A stretch of DNA of 50,306 nt, taken from contig JAWKRA010000004.1 in NCBI GenBank assembly GCA_041389865.1, positions 1-50,306 of the forward strand, given 5' to 3'. Position numbers and translations under genes: made by a program. Below, in pieces: positions 25,669 through 35,846 of this stretch. The stretch's first letter is position 1. Each line of letters begins with the position of its first letter. Origin of the DNA: Nannocystaceae bacterium. Its GTDB lineage: Bacteria > Myxococcota_A > Polyangia > Nannocystales > Nannocystaceae. The notes under the pieces are model-generated. The model made no database searches and was not told the DNA's origin. It was given only the letters and a program-made list of their open reading frames with translations.

Positions 25669-25934
25669 AACCCGAGATGCGGCGACGAGTGTCTCGTCGG
25701 GCGCAGAGAATGGACGCGGAGCGTAAGCGTGCGGGTGGATTCTGGCGTGGCCTCGGCTTTGTGGGTGCGATCGGCTGGATGCTCATCTTGCCGATGGCGG
25801 CCGGCGGATTCGCAGGACACACCGCCGACATGCACGTGGGGAGCGGCGTGACGTTCGCGCTGGCTGGACTCTTGCTCGGTTTGTGCATCGGCGCCTACAC
25901 TGTGTGGCGATTTGTAGTTCGGAGCGTGCTATGA
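25665..25934 (+). CDS. N-ATPase accessory membrane protein (AtpQ/AtpI-like)
   Basis: Basic N-terminus then two TM helices (GLGFVGAIGWMLILPMAAGGFAG, VTFALAGLLLGLCIGAYTVW). Confidence 0.5.
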
Positions 25935-26203
25935 TGATCCTCCAGTGGATTGGAGCATGCGCCTGGGGCGTCGCAGTCGCCTGCCTCTTCATGCTCGCGT
26001 TGCGAAGAGAGATCGACAGAATGCTGGCTCGAGAACGCGACGGTCCACGGCACCGACGACTACGCCGCTCATTGCGTTGGGTCTGCGTCTCATCCGCGCT
26101 CGCGCTACCCGCGCTCGCGGGAGCCGTCGGGCTCGGGACGTTGATCGCGTTCGTCGTGACCCGAAGCGCGTGGCTCCGACGGGAGGTGGTCCGTGGATCT
26201 TGA
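25931..26203 (+). CDS. N-ATPase accessory membrane protein (AtpR-like, Arg-containing)
   Basis: MMILQWIGACAWGVAVACLFMLALRR... and a second TM helix. ATGA overlap with the previous gene. Confidence 0.45.
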   Translation: MMILQWIGACAWGVAVACLFMLALRREIDRMLARERDGPRHRRLRRSLRWVCVSSALALPALAGAVGLGTLIAFVVTRSAWLRREVVRGS

Positions 26204-26891
26204 CGCCATCTTTCCGTATTCGGTCTTTCGCCTGTGGGGGGTCGAGGTTCACGACAGCGTCGTTGTGACGTGGGGCTTGATGGCGGTGTTGGCCCTGCTG
26301 AGCTGGATAACGACTCGTCGACTCGCTCAACAGCCTGGCGCGCTTCAGAACGCGATGGAGGCGATCGTCGAGGCCATTGAGTCGCTGGTCTCGGAGGTCA
26401 CGCCCTACGATCCGCGGTATTTTATACCGTTTATCGGGACGCTCGCCATCTATCTCGTCGCGGCGAACACCGTATCAGTGGCGCCGGGCATTGGTTCGCC
26501 GACGAGGGACCTGAACACGCCGCTCGCGCTCGCGCTCGTCGTGTTTCTGTCGGTTCACATTTACGGATGGCTCCTGATCGGACCACGCCGGTACCTCCGG
26601 GCCTACGTGCAGCCGTCGTGGCTGCTCCTGCCATTCAACGTCATCAGTGAGGTGACCCGCACCATCGCGTTGGCGCTGCGCCTGTTCGGCAACATGCTCT
26701 CCGGTGAGCTTGTCGTGGCCATCCTGCTGCTGTTTGGCGCGCTTCTCATACCTGTTCCGATGCAGCTCTTCGGGCTGCTCATCGGCGCGATCCAGGCCTA
26801 CGTCTTCACGCTGTTGGCGATGGTCTACATCTCAGCCGCGCTCGGCTCCCCGGAACAAGCCCTGTCCGAGAATAGGAGAAACACGAAATGA
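26193..26891 (+). CDS. atpB: F-type ATPase subunit a
   Basis: Conserved a-subunit helix with the essential Arg (LALRLFGNMLSGELV). Confidence 0.75.
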   Translation: MDLDAIFPYSVFRLWGVEVHDSVVVTWGLMAVLALLSWITTRRLAQQPGALQNAMEAIVEAIESLVSEVTPYDPRYFIPFIGTLAIYLVAANTVSVAPGIGSPTRDLNTPLALALVVFLSVHIYGWLLIGPRRYLRAYVQPSWLLLPFNVISEVTRTIALALRLFGNMLSGELVVAILLLFGALLIPVPMQLFGLLIGAIQAYVFTLLAMVYISAALGSPEQALSENRRNTK

Positions 26892-27151
26892 ACGCTCTCA
26901 GCGTCGTTGTTGCAATCAGCGTCTTTACCGCGGGTATCACCATAGCGATTGGTGGCTACGGCCCGTCACGTGGGGAAGGAGAGGCGCTGGCGCGGGCGTT
27001 GGACGCCATCGCGCGCCAACCTGACGAGGCCGATCGCATCAGCCGAACGCTATTCGTCGGAATGGCGATGGTCGAGTCCACGGCGATCTACGCGCTGGTC
27101 ATATCGCTGATCCTGCTGTTCGCCAATCCCTTGCTCGAGCTCGTCCGGTGA
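26888..27151 (+). CDS. atpE: F-type ATPase subunit c (Na+-binding-type helix 2)
   Basis: Loop ARQPD, helix 2 VESTAIYALVISLILLFANP with the ESTxxY Na+-ligand set, as in Ilyobacter c-subunits. Confidence 0.75.
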   Translation: MNALSVVVAISVFTAGITIAIGGYGPSRGEGEALARALDAIARQPDEADRISRTLFVGMAMVESTAIYALVISLILLFANPLLELVR

Positions 27152-27867
27152 ACGTCTACCTGCCGACGGTCTTGTTTCAGAGCATCAATTTCTTGGTGCT
27201 CGTGGTCATCCTGTGGAGGCTGCTGTTTCGACCTCTTCGCGTTCACATGCAAGGGCGCGCCCAGAGGATCGCGGACGGCCTGGTCGCGGTCGAGACGGGA
27301 CAGCGAGAGATCGCTACGATGCGGGAAGAGGTGCAAATGGAGCTCGAGCGGGCAGGTGCGTCTAGGGAGGAGACGCTGCGAGCCGCGCGGGCGCAGGGCG
27401 AAGCGGAGCGCCACCTGCTGCTTGAGAACGCACGCGCGGCTGCACGGGCGGAGCGAGATCGCCTGCTGTCGACAGTCGCAGATAAACAGACCCAGCGCGA
27501 GGCGGAGTTCCTTCGATCGCTTACGCCGCAGCTCCAGACGTTGGTGGCGAGAATCATCGATGAGCTCGCTGACGCTGCGAGCTTTCACCGCGTCAGCTGT
27601 GAGCGCTTCGCGGTGTTCCTGTCCGAGCTGCCCCCAGCCCTGTGCGCCGAGCTCGCAGCCGAGACGAGCGAATCGATCGAGCTCGTCGTTGCCCGCGAGC
27701 CGATCCCCGAGGTGCTGCGCCTGGCGGTGGCGCGGCTCTCTATGGTGCCAACGGTGACACGGGTCGACCCCGACCTGCTGGCCGGCGCCAAGTTGATCGC
27801 CGGTGAAATGGTGCTTGACGGCAGCGTACGCGGTCAGATAGCGCGTACGATTGGAGATGTATCTTGA
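27148..27867 (+). CDS. atpF: F-type ATPase subunit b (C-terminal region delta-like)
   Basis: N-terminal TM helix, long Ala/Arg/Glu-rich coiled coil. The C-terminus (LLAGAKLIAGEMVLDGSVRGQIARTIG) resembles a delta/OSCP C-terminus. Confidence 0.65.
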   Translation: MNVYLPTVLFQSINFLVLVVILWRLLFRPLRVHMQGRAQRIADGLVAVETGQREIATMREEVQMELERAGASREETLRAARAQGEAERHLLLENARAAARAERDRLLSTVADKQTQREAEFLRSLTPQLQTLVARIIDELADAASFHRVSCERFAVFLSELPPALCAELAAETSESIELVVAREPIPEVLRLAVARLSMVPTVTRVDPDLLAGAKLIAGEMVLDGSVRGQIARTIGDVS

Positions 27868-29369
27868 GCTCCGAGCCGACCGGGGGGCGTCTTCCGACGT
27901 TCGCGGCTCGACTCGACGTCGCCGCCCGCGGCTTTCGCTTCGCACCCGAGATCCGCAGGCAAGGCCGCGTGCTCGCAGTCGGCGACGGGGTGGCCCTCGT
28001 CAGTGGGATGCCTGATGTCGCGTTGTCGGAGATCGTGCTGGTCGCCGGCTGGCTCCCAGGCGTAGTGCTGGATCTTCGCGAGTCGACGGTCGGCGTCGCC
28101 CTGCTCGAGTCGCCTACGACTTCACTGGTCGGCGCGCCGGTCACTGGGAGCGGTGAGGTGATCTCCTGCTTCGTCGGCGACGAGCTCCTCGGACGAATGG
28201 TCGACGGACTCGGACGCCCTCTGGACGGCGGCAAGCCCTGGTCGAGCGCCGAGCGCTGGCCCGTCGAGCGAGCGGCGCCAGCATTGGTGGAGCGCGCGGC
28301 TGTGCGAGAGCCGCTGCTCACCGGCGTTATGGTCGTCGACGCGTTATTCCCGATCGGGCGAGGGCAACGTGAGCTCATCGTGGGCGATCGCGGGACCGGA
28401 AAGTCAACCCTTGCGATTGACGCTGTGATCAATCAGCGCGACACGGGCGTACGGTGCGTGATCGTCTCGATCGGGCAGCAGTCGTCGTCGGTCGTCCAGC
28501 TGATCGAGCGGCTGGCGAAGCACGACGCGCTCGGGCACACGGTGGTCGTAGTAGCTCCGGCCGCGAGCGCGCCTGGTCTACGATTCATCGCACCGTACGC
28601 TGGATGCACGATCGGGGAGTTCTTCCGCGATCGCGGTGAGGACGCGCTCGTCGTTTTCGATGACCTGACTCAGCACGCGATCGCGTACCGCGAACTGTCG
28701 CTGCTCCTGCAGCGTCCGCCTGGACGAGAGGCGTACCCCGGAGACATCTTCTTCATCCACTCGCGCCTCCTCGAACGAGCTACGCGACTCAGCGACGCGC
28801 GCGGCGGAGGATCATTGACGATGTTGCCGATCGCGGAGACCCACGCAGGCCGCATCAGCGACTTTATCCCTACGAACTTGATCTCTATTACCGACGGTCA
28901 GCTCTACCTCGAGCCGACGCTCTTCGATCGCGGGATCAAACCGGCCGTTGATGTGGGCCTCAGCGTGTCGCGGGTGGGCGGGCGAACACAGCGCCCAAGT
29001 ATGAAAGCCGTCGCTGGTAGGCTGCGGCTCGACGCGGCGCGGTTTCGGGAGGTCGAGGTATTCAGTCGATTCGGGGGCCGCGTCGAAGCTTCGACACAGA
29101 AGCTCTTGACGCGCGGAGAACGCGCGCGAGAGCTGCTCAGACAAGGCCCGGGCGATGCGAGGTCACCGGCCGAACAGGTCGCATTGCTCGTCGCGCTCCA
29201 AGAGGGCAGGTTCGATGAAGTCGAGGTTCCGGACGTGCCTGCGGTCGTCGCTCGCTTGCGTGCTCGCCTGCGATCGTGTGATCCGGTTCTCCTGACAAAC
29301 CTCGATCATGGGCCTCCACCGACCGCGTCAGAGCGATCAGCGATTGTCGCGCTCTTCGAGGACACGTGA
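27864..29369 (+). CDS. atpA: F-type ATPase alpha subunit
   Basis: Walker A GDRGTGKST, downstream conserved regions, characteristic alpha C-terminal domain. Confidence 0.85.
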   Translation: MSSEPTGGRLPTFAARLDVAARGFRFAPEIRRQGRVLAVGDGVALVSGMPDVALSEIVLVAGWLPGVVLDLRESTVGVALLESPTTSLVGAPVTGSGEVISCFVGDELLGRMVDGLGRPLDGGKPWSSAERWPVERAAPALVERAAVREPLLTGVMVVDALFPIGRGQRELIVGDRGTGKSTLAIDAVINQRDTGVRCVIVSIGQQSSSVVQLIERLAKHDALGHTVVVVAPAASAPGLRFIAPYAGCTIGEFFRDRGEDALVVFDDLTQHAIAYRELSLLLQRPPGREAYPGDIFFIHSRLLERATRLSDARGGGSLTMLPIAETHAGRISDFIPTNLISITDGQLYLEPTLFDRGIKPAVDVGLSVSRVGGRTQRPSMKAVAGRLRLDAARFREVEVFSRFGGRVEASTQKLLTRGERARELLRQGPGDARSPAEQVALLVALQEGRFDEVEVPDVPAVVARLRARLRSCDPVLLTNLDHGPPPTASERSAIVALFEDT

Positions 29370-30292
29370 TGGAACAGGCCGCGCTGGAGCGAAAGCTGGG
29401 TAACGCCAAGGCGCTGCGTGACATCATGGTGACCATGCGCTCGCTCTCGGCAGCTCAGCTGCGCCGTGGCCAGGCCGCGCTCGAGGCGATTCGGCAGTAC
29501 GAAGAGACGATCTGCCGCGGTCTACTGCGATCGCGCTATGAGCCGCCTTCGCGCACGACACCGGATCGCGTACTGATCATCGTCCTCGGAAGCGATCAGG
29601 GTATGTGCGGCGGACTGACGCAACGCCTCGTAGATCGCGCCATACTCCGTATCGAGAGACACTCCGCCGTGACCCGTATCCTGGCTGTCGCCGGGCGACG
29701 TGCTCAAGCGTATCTCGAGGCGAGAGGACAGAGGGTCGACTATCGATACGAAAGCGCTGTCTCTGTCCGCGGTGTAGACGCGGTCGTCGAAGCGTTGGCC
29801 GAGCATATCGAGAAGGAGCTGCCAGGTGGTCCCTGCTGTCGCGTAGAGGTCGTATACACCCGTCAATCCGGCGAGTATGGAGGTTCGGCCAGCGCGCTGT
29901 GCATCTACCCCCCGCAGCCGAGAATCCCTGACGGCGCGGTGCTTCCTCGCTTCGATCCCCAGAGCTACGAGCTGCTCGCGGACGTGTTGGCCGCATCGCT
30001 GCCGGAGTGGAGCTACGCCGCACTGTATCGCTGCGCGCTCGAGTCGTTAGCCGCCGAGCACGAGGCGAGGATGCGGACGACGGACGCAGGCGTCCATACG
30101 CTCGATCGCCGCCTCGACGAGCTCCGCCTCAGCCTTAATCACTTGCGGCAGGAGTCCATCACCAATGAAATCCAGGAGTTGGTCGCAGGCGCCGGGAAAT
30201 CAATACTCAGCCGCCAGCGGGATCCTCGTACCGACGCTCAAATAATGAGGCTTCGGCATCCGCGCGAATCATCAGAACCCCGTGAGTCTTGA
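29366..30292 (+). CDS. atpG: F-type ATPase gamma subunit
   Basis: N-terminal coiled coil (LRDIMVTMRSLSAAQLRRGQAALEAIRQYEETI) and C-terminal helix (ESITNEIQELVAGA). Confidence 0.7.
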   Translation: MMEQAALERKLGNAKALRDIMVTMRSLSAAQLRRGQAALEAIRQYEETICRGLLRSRYEPPSRTTPDRVLIIVLGSDQGMCGGLTQRLVDRAILRIERHSAVTRILAVAGRRAQAYLEARGQRVDYRYESAVSVRGVDAVVEALAEHIEKELPGGPCCRVEVVYTRQSGEYGGSASALCIYPPQPRIPDGAVLPRFDPQSYELLADVLAASLPEWSYAALYRCALESLAAEHEARMRTTDAGVHTLDRRLDELRLSLNHLRQESITNEIQELVAGAGKSILSRQRDPRTDAQIMRLRHPRESSEPRES

Positions 30293-30550
30293 TCGATGCG
30301 AGCGTCCATGGACAGCACAACGCGCCCCCACGCATCTCAAAACCATCGCGCGCCGGAACCGTCGAGCATGCGGCGAATCCGCCACAGATCAAAGCGCCTA
30401 CGGAAACGCTGTACTCAGGTCGAGACGGCGTCTGGCGGCTCAGGACGCGCCCATGGGGGTCGTGACAAATCCCCTGACGAAGGGAATTTTCTCGATTCAC
30501 ACTTCACGACCCTTCCGATTGACGGGCGCCAGCACACTGTTCTCTGGCGA

Positions 30551-30567
30551 TTGGCACGCCAATTGCT
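30551..30567 (+). promoter_or_regulatory. sigma-54 (RpoN) -24/-12 promoter: TTGGCACG-N4-TTGCT
   Basis: Exact match to the TGGCAC-N5-TTGC(A/T) consensus. It lies in a lower-GC 300-bp intergenic region about 100 bp upstream of the DUF2933 gene. Confidence 0.45.
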
Positions 30568-30666
30568 CGACCTAGACCGACTTGGACGCTGGGCCAAGAG
30601 ATGAACGAGCACGAGCGACGAATTCGGTCGCTTCGGACGACCCCGAGCCTTTCAGGGAGATACCCA

Positions 30667-30915
30667 ATGGATGAACACTCGACGAAGTTCCGTCTCAGGC
30701 TCCCCGTATGGCTTGGAGCGTGCGCGTTCTTGGTCATTGCGGTGTTCCTCCTCTGGGGAGAGCACGAGGCCCACATACGCGGCGCGCTCCCGTATCTGGT
30801 GCTCCTGGCCTGTCCGGTGATCCATATTCTCATGCACGGCAGTCACCGAGGACGCGGTCACTCCGATGGCGACCGCGGGCACTGCGATCCCAAGGAGAAG
30901 GGAGGTCCGCGATGA
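30667..30915 (+). CDS. DUF2933-family small membrane protein with His-rich tail
   Basis: TM helices plus HILMHGSHRGRGHSDGDRGHC. Start taken at MDEHSTKF. Confidence 0.5.
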   Translation: MDEHSTKFRLRLPVWLGACAFLVIAVFLLWGEHEAHIRGALPYLVLLACPVIHILMHGSHRGRGHSDGDRGHCDPKEKGGPR

Positions 30916-31571
30916 ATCACGCGCACGGTGCCCCGGCCTACGGCCTCTGGGGTTTGGTCCTCATCAATTCAGCAGTGTTCATCATCTTCGCCTTCAGCTT
31001 CTTCAAGCCGAGGACGAAGCGCGACTGGCGGACCTTCGGATCGTTCTCCGGGTTTATCATCGCGCTCTTCGTCGAGATGTACGGATTCCCGCTGACGATC
31101 TACCTGCTCTCCGGTTGGCTGCAGAGCAAGCTCCCAGGTGTCGACCTCCTCTCGCACGACGCCGGGCACCTCTGGTACGCGCTCCTTGGGCTCAAGGGCG
31201 ATCCCCACACGAGCCCGATTCACCTCGCGGCCAACCTCCTCATTGTAGCAGGCTTCATCGGCCTCTCGGCGTCGTGGAAGGTGCTCTGGTCGGCCCAGCG
31301 TGAAGGCCGTCTGGCAACGACCGGCACCTACGCTTACGTACGCCACCCGCAGTATATCGCCTTCATCGCCATCATGCTCGGCTTCCTGGTGATGTGGCCT
31401 ACACTGATCTCGCTGCTGATGTTCCCTGTGTTGGCGTTCATGTACATTCGCCTCGCGCGTCGTGAGGAGCAAGAGGTGGCTGCCGAGTTCCCGAGCATCT
31501 GGCCCGAGTACGCGGCCCGAACTCCACGCTGGATCCCGCGCCTCGCTGGGCGCCGGTTCGCGTCCCGATGA
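30912..31571 (+). CDS. isoprenylcysteine carboxyl methyltransferase-family membrane protein (CzcN-like)
   Basis: Multi-TM with ICMT/PEMT C-terminal signature YVRHPQY...E. ATGA overlap with the DUF2933 gene. Confidence 0.65.
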   Translation: MNHAHGAPAYGLWGLVLINSAVFIIFAFSFFKPRTKRDWRTFGSFSGFIIALFVEMYGFPLTIYLLSGWLQSKLPGVDLLSHDAGHLWYALLGLKGDPHTSPIHLAANLLIVAGFIGLSASWKVLWSAQREGRLATTGTYAYVRHPQYIAFIAIMLGFLVMWPTLISLLMFPVLAFMYIRLARREEQEVAAEFPSIWPEYAARTPRWIPRLAGRRFASR

Positions 31572-31680
31572 ACACGACTCATTTAATCCCAGCCGAACGC
31601 CGGTGCTGCTCGGACGCGCTGCGCCATGGGCCCGCGCTGACGGTCGCCACCCTGCACTGCCCAACCCTGTGAAGAGAGCC

Positions 31681-33045
31681 ATGACCACCACCATCCATTT
31701 CCTCGGCGCCGCGGACACCGTGACCGGCTCCCGGTACCTCATTGAAGCAGAAGGGACTCGCGTCCTGGTAGACTGTGGTCTGTTTCAAGGCTACAAGAAG
31801 CTGCGCGAACGGAACTGGGCCGCGCTACCGTTCAGCGCATCGTCGCTCGACGCCGTGCTGCTAACGCACGCGCACATTGACCATTCCGGGTACCTTCCGA
31901 AGCTCTGTCAGATGGGCTTCTCCGGGAGGGTCTATTGCACCACCGGGACACGCGACCTTCTGCATGTCTTGCTCCCAGACTCCGGATACTTGCAAGAAGA
32001 GGACGCCCGACGGGCCAATCAATATGGCCACACGCGCCACCGCCCAGCGCTGCCGCTCTATACGAAAGAGGACGCTGAGCGCTGCCTGAAGCAGCTCGAG
32101 CCGCGGCCGTTCTACGAGCGCTTCGAACCTGCGACCGGTCTCTCTGCACGGTTCACCCGCGCGGGACATATCCTCGGGTCGGCCTGTCTGGCGCTACGAC
32201 TGGGTGATAGAACCGTCACGTTCACCGGCGATGTCGGCCGTCCGAATGATCCGATTATGAAGCCAGCAGATCCGCTGGAGCCGACCGACTACTTGGTCAC
32301 CGAGTCGACGTACGGTGATCGACGACACCCAGCCGAGGATGTGACGAGCGCGCTCGCTCAGATCATCCGCGAGACCGCGGAGCAGGGGGGTGCCCTCCTC
32401 GTGCCGGCCTTCGCGGTCGGTCGCGCGCAACACCTCCTACACATCGTCGCGCAGCTCAAGTTGAAAGGCGCCATCCCTGACATTCCGGTGTTTCTCGACA
32501 GCCCGATGGCGATCAGCGCGACCGGGATTTTTTGCAGACACAAGGAGGATCACGGACTCTCCGACGATGCGTGTCACCTCATGTGCTCGAGCGCCCAATA
32601 CACGCGAACTCCGGACGACTCGAAGGCGATCGACCGGCGTTCGGGCCCGATGATCATCATCGCCGCGAGCGGTATGGCGACAGGCGGTCGAATCCTTCAT
32701 CATCTCCGACGCTTTCTCCCGGGGGAGAGGAACACGGTCCTTATTGTCGGCTACCAGGCCAGCGGAACGCGCGGACGCGCGCTCGCGGACGGAGCGGATG
32801 AGGTGAAGATCCACGGGCAATACGTCGCGGTGAAGGCTCGGGTCGTCCAGGTGCAGGGCCTCTCAGCGCACGCCGATTATCGGGAGATGATCGGCTGGCT
32901 CGCCGCGGGCAAGCTCGCTCCTCGACGAGTCTTCGTGACCCATGGCGAGCCGGCCGCTGCCGACGCGTTCCGCCGCCGCTTGAGAGATACATTCGGTTGG
33001 GACGTCACTGTCCCCGACGACAGGTCGGTGTGGACGCTGGAGTAG
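31681..33045 (+). CDS. MBL-fold metallo-hydrolase with beta-CASP/RNA-specificity domain
   Basis: LTHAHIDHSG (HxHxDH), later GHILGSA, ESTYG, and C-terminal SAHAD motifs. Confidence 0.7.
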   Translation: MTTTIHFLGAADTVTGSRYLIEAEGTRVLVDCGLFQGYKKLRERNWAALPFSASSLDAVLLTHAHIDHSGYLPKLCQMGFSGRVYCTTGTRDLLHVLLPDSGYLQEEDARRANQYGHTRHRPALPLYTKEDAERCLKQLEPRPFYERFEPATGLSARFTRAGHILGSACLALRLGDRTVTFTGDVGRPNDPIMKPADPLEPTDYLVTESTYGDRRHPAEDVTSALAQIIRETAEQGGALLVPAFAVGRAQHLLHIVAQLKLKGAIPDIPVFLDSPMAISATGIFCRHKEDHGLSDDACHLMCSSAQYTRTPDDSKAIDRRSGPMIIIAASGMATGGRILHHLRRFLPGERNTVLIVGYQASGTRGRALADGADEVKIHGQYVAVKARVVQVQGLSAHADYREMIGWLAAGKLAPRRVFVTHGEPAAADAFRRRLRDTFGWDVTVPDDRSVWTLE

Positions 33046-33304
33046 CGCTGTTCTGGAGAACGCGACATGACATCTCTCGCAACTCTGCCTGCATCGACGG
33101 GTTCCATCTCGACGCTTTCGGGCGCGGGCCATGAGTGTGATCCCGCGGGGCGCCTGCGCCCCGCGAGGAGCTTCGAGTTGGGGCCCGCTCTTGGATGGCT
33201 GCGCTCGGGGTGCCCAGCTCGGGTCGCGGGGCTTGACGACGTCGCCTACAAGAGGACGGAAGAGACCGGCAGCCACGACGCGCCGCGTGCCCTCCTCGGT
33301 GTAG

Positions 33305-34438
33305 TTGCTTCGGATCGGAGTCGCCATGGAAGCACTTCAAGGTGAGCGCGCGCGCACGAATCGTCGCCCTGTCATTGTGGTCGGGGGCTACGGGCAGGTC
33401 GGCCGACGAATCGCGCGGGGCTTGATCGACTGCGCGCGTGAAGTCGTCGTCGCCGGGAGGAGCGAGCGGCGCAGCCGACGAGCGGCGCACGAGTTGGGGT
33501 GTCGCGGCGCGACCCTCGACGTTGGCGAGCCGGGCACATGGGCATCCGCAGTCGGCGTCGCCGGAGCGGTCGTCGTGTGCGTCGATCAGACCGACGACGC
33601 GTTCGCGCGCTGGGTGCTGGAGCGCGGCGTCGACTATATCGACATCACCGCAGGGGACGCGTTCCTCCGCAAGGTCGAGCGACTCGACCCGATCGCGCGG
33701 GGGGCTGGATCGACAGCGCTGCTTTCTGTAGGCCTCGCGCCCGGAGTCACCAACCTGCTCGTCAAGGATTGCGTTGACAGGCTGGACTCCGCCGAGCACG
33801 CCCGCATCGCCCTGCTCCTTGGCGTGGGCGAGCGGCACGGTGACGCGGGCATTGAGTGGACGCTCGATCAGCTCGCGCGTGTTTCGCCGATCGCGTCGCT
33901 CGTCCCGGTTCGCTATCCTGGGAGCGCGGCGTCAACCGTAGCGGTGCCCCTCGAGATCGCCGACCAACACGTCGTCTTGCGTACGCAGCAGCTGCGGTCC
34001 GCTGAGACAGTCGTGACCCTCGAATCGTCGCGCTGGACGCGGGTCGCGGTGGCGCTCGGCCCGTCGCTGCGTTGGTCGTCCGTCCGCGCGCTCGTCCGCT
34101 ATCTCCTCCCGCGCGTTCGCCTGGGTTCGGAGCGATGCGCCGTCGTGGTTGAGGTCCGCGGCGCGCTCGCAAGCGCGCCGCATGTGACTCGCGGCGGCTT
34201 CGTGGGCGCACGAGAGGTGGAGGTGACGGCGCGTGTCGCCGCGAAGATCACAGACGCGCTCGCCGAGCGCCGGCGTCCGGGTGTGTTCCACATCGATCAG
34301 TTGTTCGACCTGAAGGACATCCGAGCCCACGTCGACGGACGGTGGGAGTTCAGCGATCGCGCGTCATCGACCCTCGGGCCCGAAGTGTCACCGCGCTGGG
34401 GTCGATCCCGATCGAGCACAACGACTGCTGGGTCGTGA
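33305..34438 (+). CDS. saccharopine-dehydrogenase-like NAD(P)-binding protein
   Basis: Rossmann motif VVGGYGQVGRRIARGL, followed by the Sacchrp_dh-like C-domain. Confidence 0.6.
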   Translation: MLRIGVAMEALQGERARTNRRPVIVVGGYGQVGRRIARGLIDCAREVVVAGRSERRSRRAAHELGCRGATLDVGEPGTWASAVGVAGAVVVCVDQTDDAFARWVLERGVDYIDITAGDAFLRKVERLDPIARGAGSTALLSVGLAPGVTNLLVKDCVDRLDSAEHARIALLLGVGERHGDAGIEWTLDQLARVSPIASLVPVRYPGSAASTVAVPLEIADQHVVLRTQQLRSAETVVTLESSRWTRVAVALGPSLRWSSVRALVRYLLPRVRLGSERCAVVVEVRGALASAPHVTRGGFVGAREVEVTARVAAKITDALAERRRPGVFHIDQLFDLKDIRAHVDGRWEFSDRASSTLGPEVSPRWGRSRSSTTTAGS

Positions 34439-34466
34439 CGCGCGAGGCCGACGCGCCTCGTCGGCG

Positions 34467-35846
34467 TCAACGCGTACGAGCGGCCGAGGGCAGTCGACCC
34501 CCGACCCAGTACTCGAGCTGCGCGCGCGCGATCCAGTAGTCGCGCAGCGCCTCGGCGTACTCCTGCTGCGCGTGGACCTGCTCCGAGCGGGTCGAGAAGA
34601 GCTCGTACGCGCCGACCAGCATGCCGTTGTACTCGCGGAGGGTCTGCTCGTAGATCTGCTCGTGCCGCGGGAGGACGGCGGTCCGCATGTAGTCGACGCG
34701 ACGCCGGGCAGCGACGAGCGCCGCGCGACCCTCTCGCATCTGCGAGCGCGCGACGATGGCCGCGTGCTGGTAGAGGTGCTGCGCCTGACGAAGCTGCGCG
34801 CGCAGCTTGGCGAGGTCGGCGTGCCCAGGATCGAAGAGCGGCAGCTCGACTTGCAGGGACGGGCCGACGACCCACTCGTGACCGATGTCATCGCCCACCT
34901 CGTTGCGCCCTTCGACGCCCACGTCGATGTTCGGAACGATCCCCCGCCGCCGCAGCGCGAGCGCGTAGTCCACCGCGTCGACGTGAAACCGCGCCGCCGA
35001 CACGTCGAGCCGCTCGCGGATCCCGTGCTGCTCGAGCGCCGAAAGGTCGCCGTCGGCGGGCATCTCGGGGGACGCGGCCGCCATCGTCCAGCGCGTGTCA
35101 TCGCCCCAGAGCCCCATCAAGCGGTTGATCTGCTCGCGCGCGCTGACGACTTCGAGCTCGCGCTCGAGCAGCGTCATGCGGGCCTCGTCGAGGGCTGCTG
35201 CGACCTCGGCTCGCTGCAGCGGGCTGATGTTCCCGGCCTCGCGCTGCCGCGTCGCCAGCTCGTCGGCGACCTCGGCCGCCTGCACCCGCTCGCGCTGCAG
35301 ACGCGCGACCGTGACGGCCGCGGCCAGCTCGGCGTAGGCGACCTTGACGTCGCGGACCAACGTGAGCGCCTCGCCGCCGACGGTGAGGATCGTGCGCTGG
35401 AGCGCGGCCTTGGCCACGCGCCGCTTGGCGGGGATCAGGAACACGCTCAGGAGGCTCTGGGAGAGGGACACCCCGCCGCCGAGGCCGTTTCCGCGGGTCG
35501 AGATCAGCAGGTCTCCGCCGATCGTGGGGTTTTGCAGCAAGCCGGCCTGCACCAAGTCCGACTGCGCGACGCCGAGCTCCTCCATGGTCGCAAGCAGGCC
35601 GCGGTTGTTGATCACAGCGATGCGCAGGGCTGCCTCGAGGGTCAGGGGCTCGGCCAGGAGCGTCTCTACGCGCGCGCGCACCTCCGCGTGGCTGCGGGCC
35701 TCGGCCGCGACAGCGTCGTCGATGCCAGCGCGCTCCTCGAGCACCGCGGAGACCTCGGCGGCCGCCGCCGTGGGTCGGGTCGTCGCGCAGCCCGAGAGCG
35801 CGAGCGCGAGCGCGGCGATCGTCGTCTTGAGGAAGGCTCGCATCAC
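34467..35846 (-). CDS. TolC-family outer-membrane efflux lipoprotein
   Basis: Lipobox ALSGC. Two OEP repeats with conserved LTLEAALRIAVINNRGL... pattern. Confidence 0.75.
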   Translation of the reverse strand: MMRAFLKTTIAALALALSGCATTRPTAAAAEVSAVLEERAGIDDAVAAEARSHAEVRARVETLLAEPLTLEAALRIAVINNRGLLATMEELGVAQSDLVQAGLLQNPTIGGDLLISTRGNGLGGGVSLSQSLLSVFLIPAKRRVAKAALQRTILTVGGEALTLVRDVKVAYAELAAAVTVARLQRERVQAAEVADELATRQREAGNISPLQRAEVAAALDEARMTLLERELEVVSAREQINRLMGLWGDDTRWTMAAASPEMPADGDLSALEQHGIRERLDVSAARFHVDAVDYALALRRRGIVPNIDVGVEGRNEVGDDIGHEWVVGPSLQVELPLFDPGHADLAKLRAQLRQAQHLYQHAAIVARSQMREGRAALVAARRRVDYMRTAVLPRHEQIYEQTLREYNGMLVGAYELFSTRSEQVHAQQEYAEALRDYWIARAQLEYWVGGRLPSAARTR

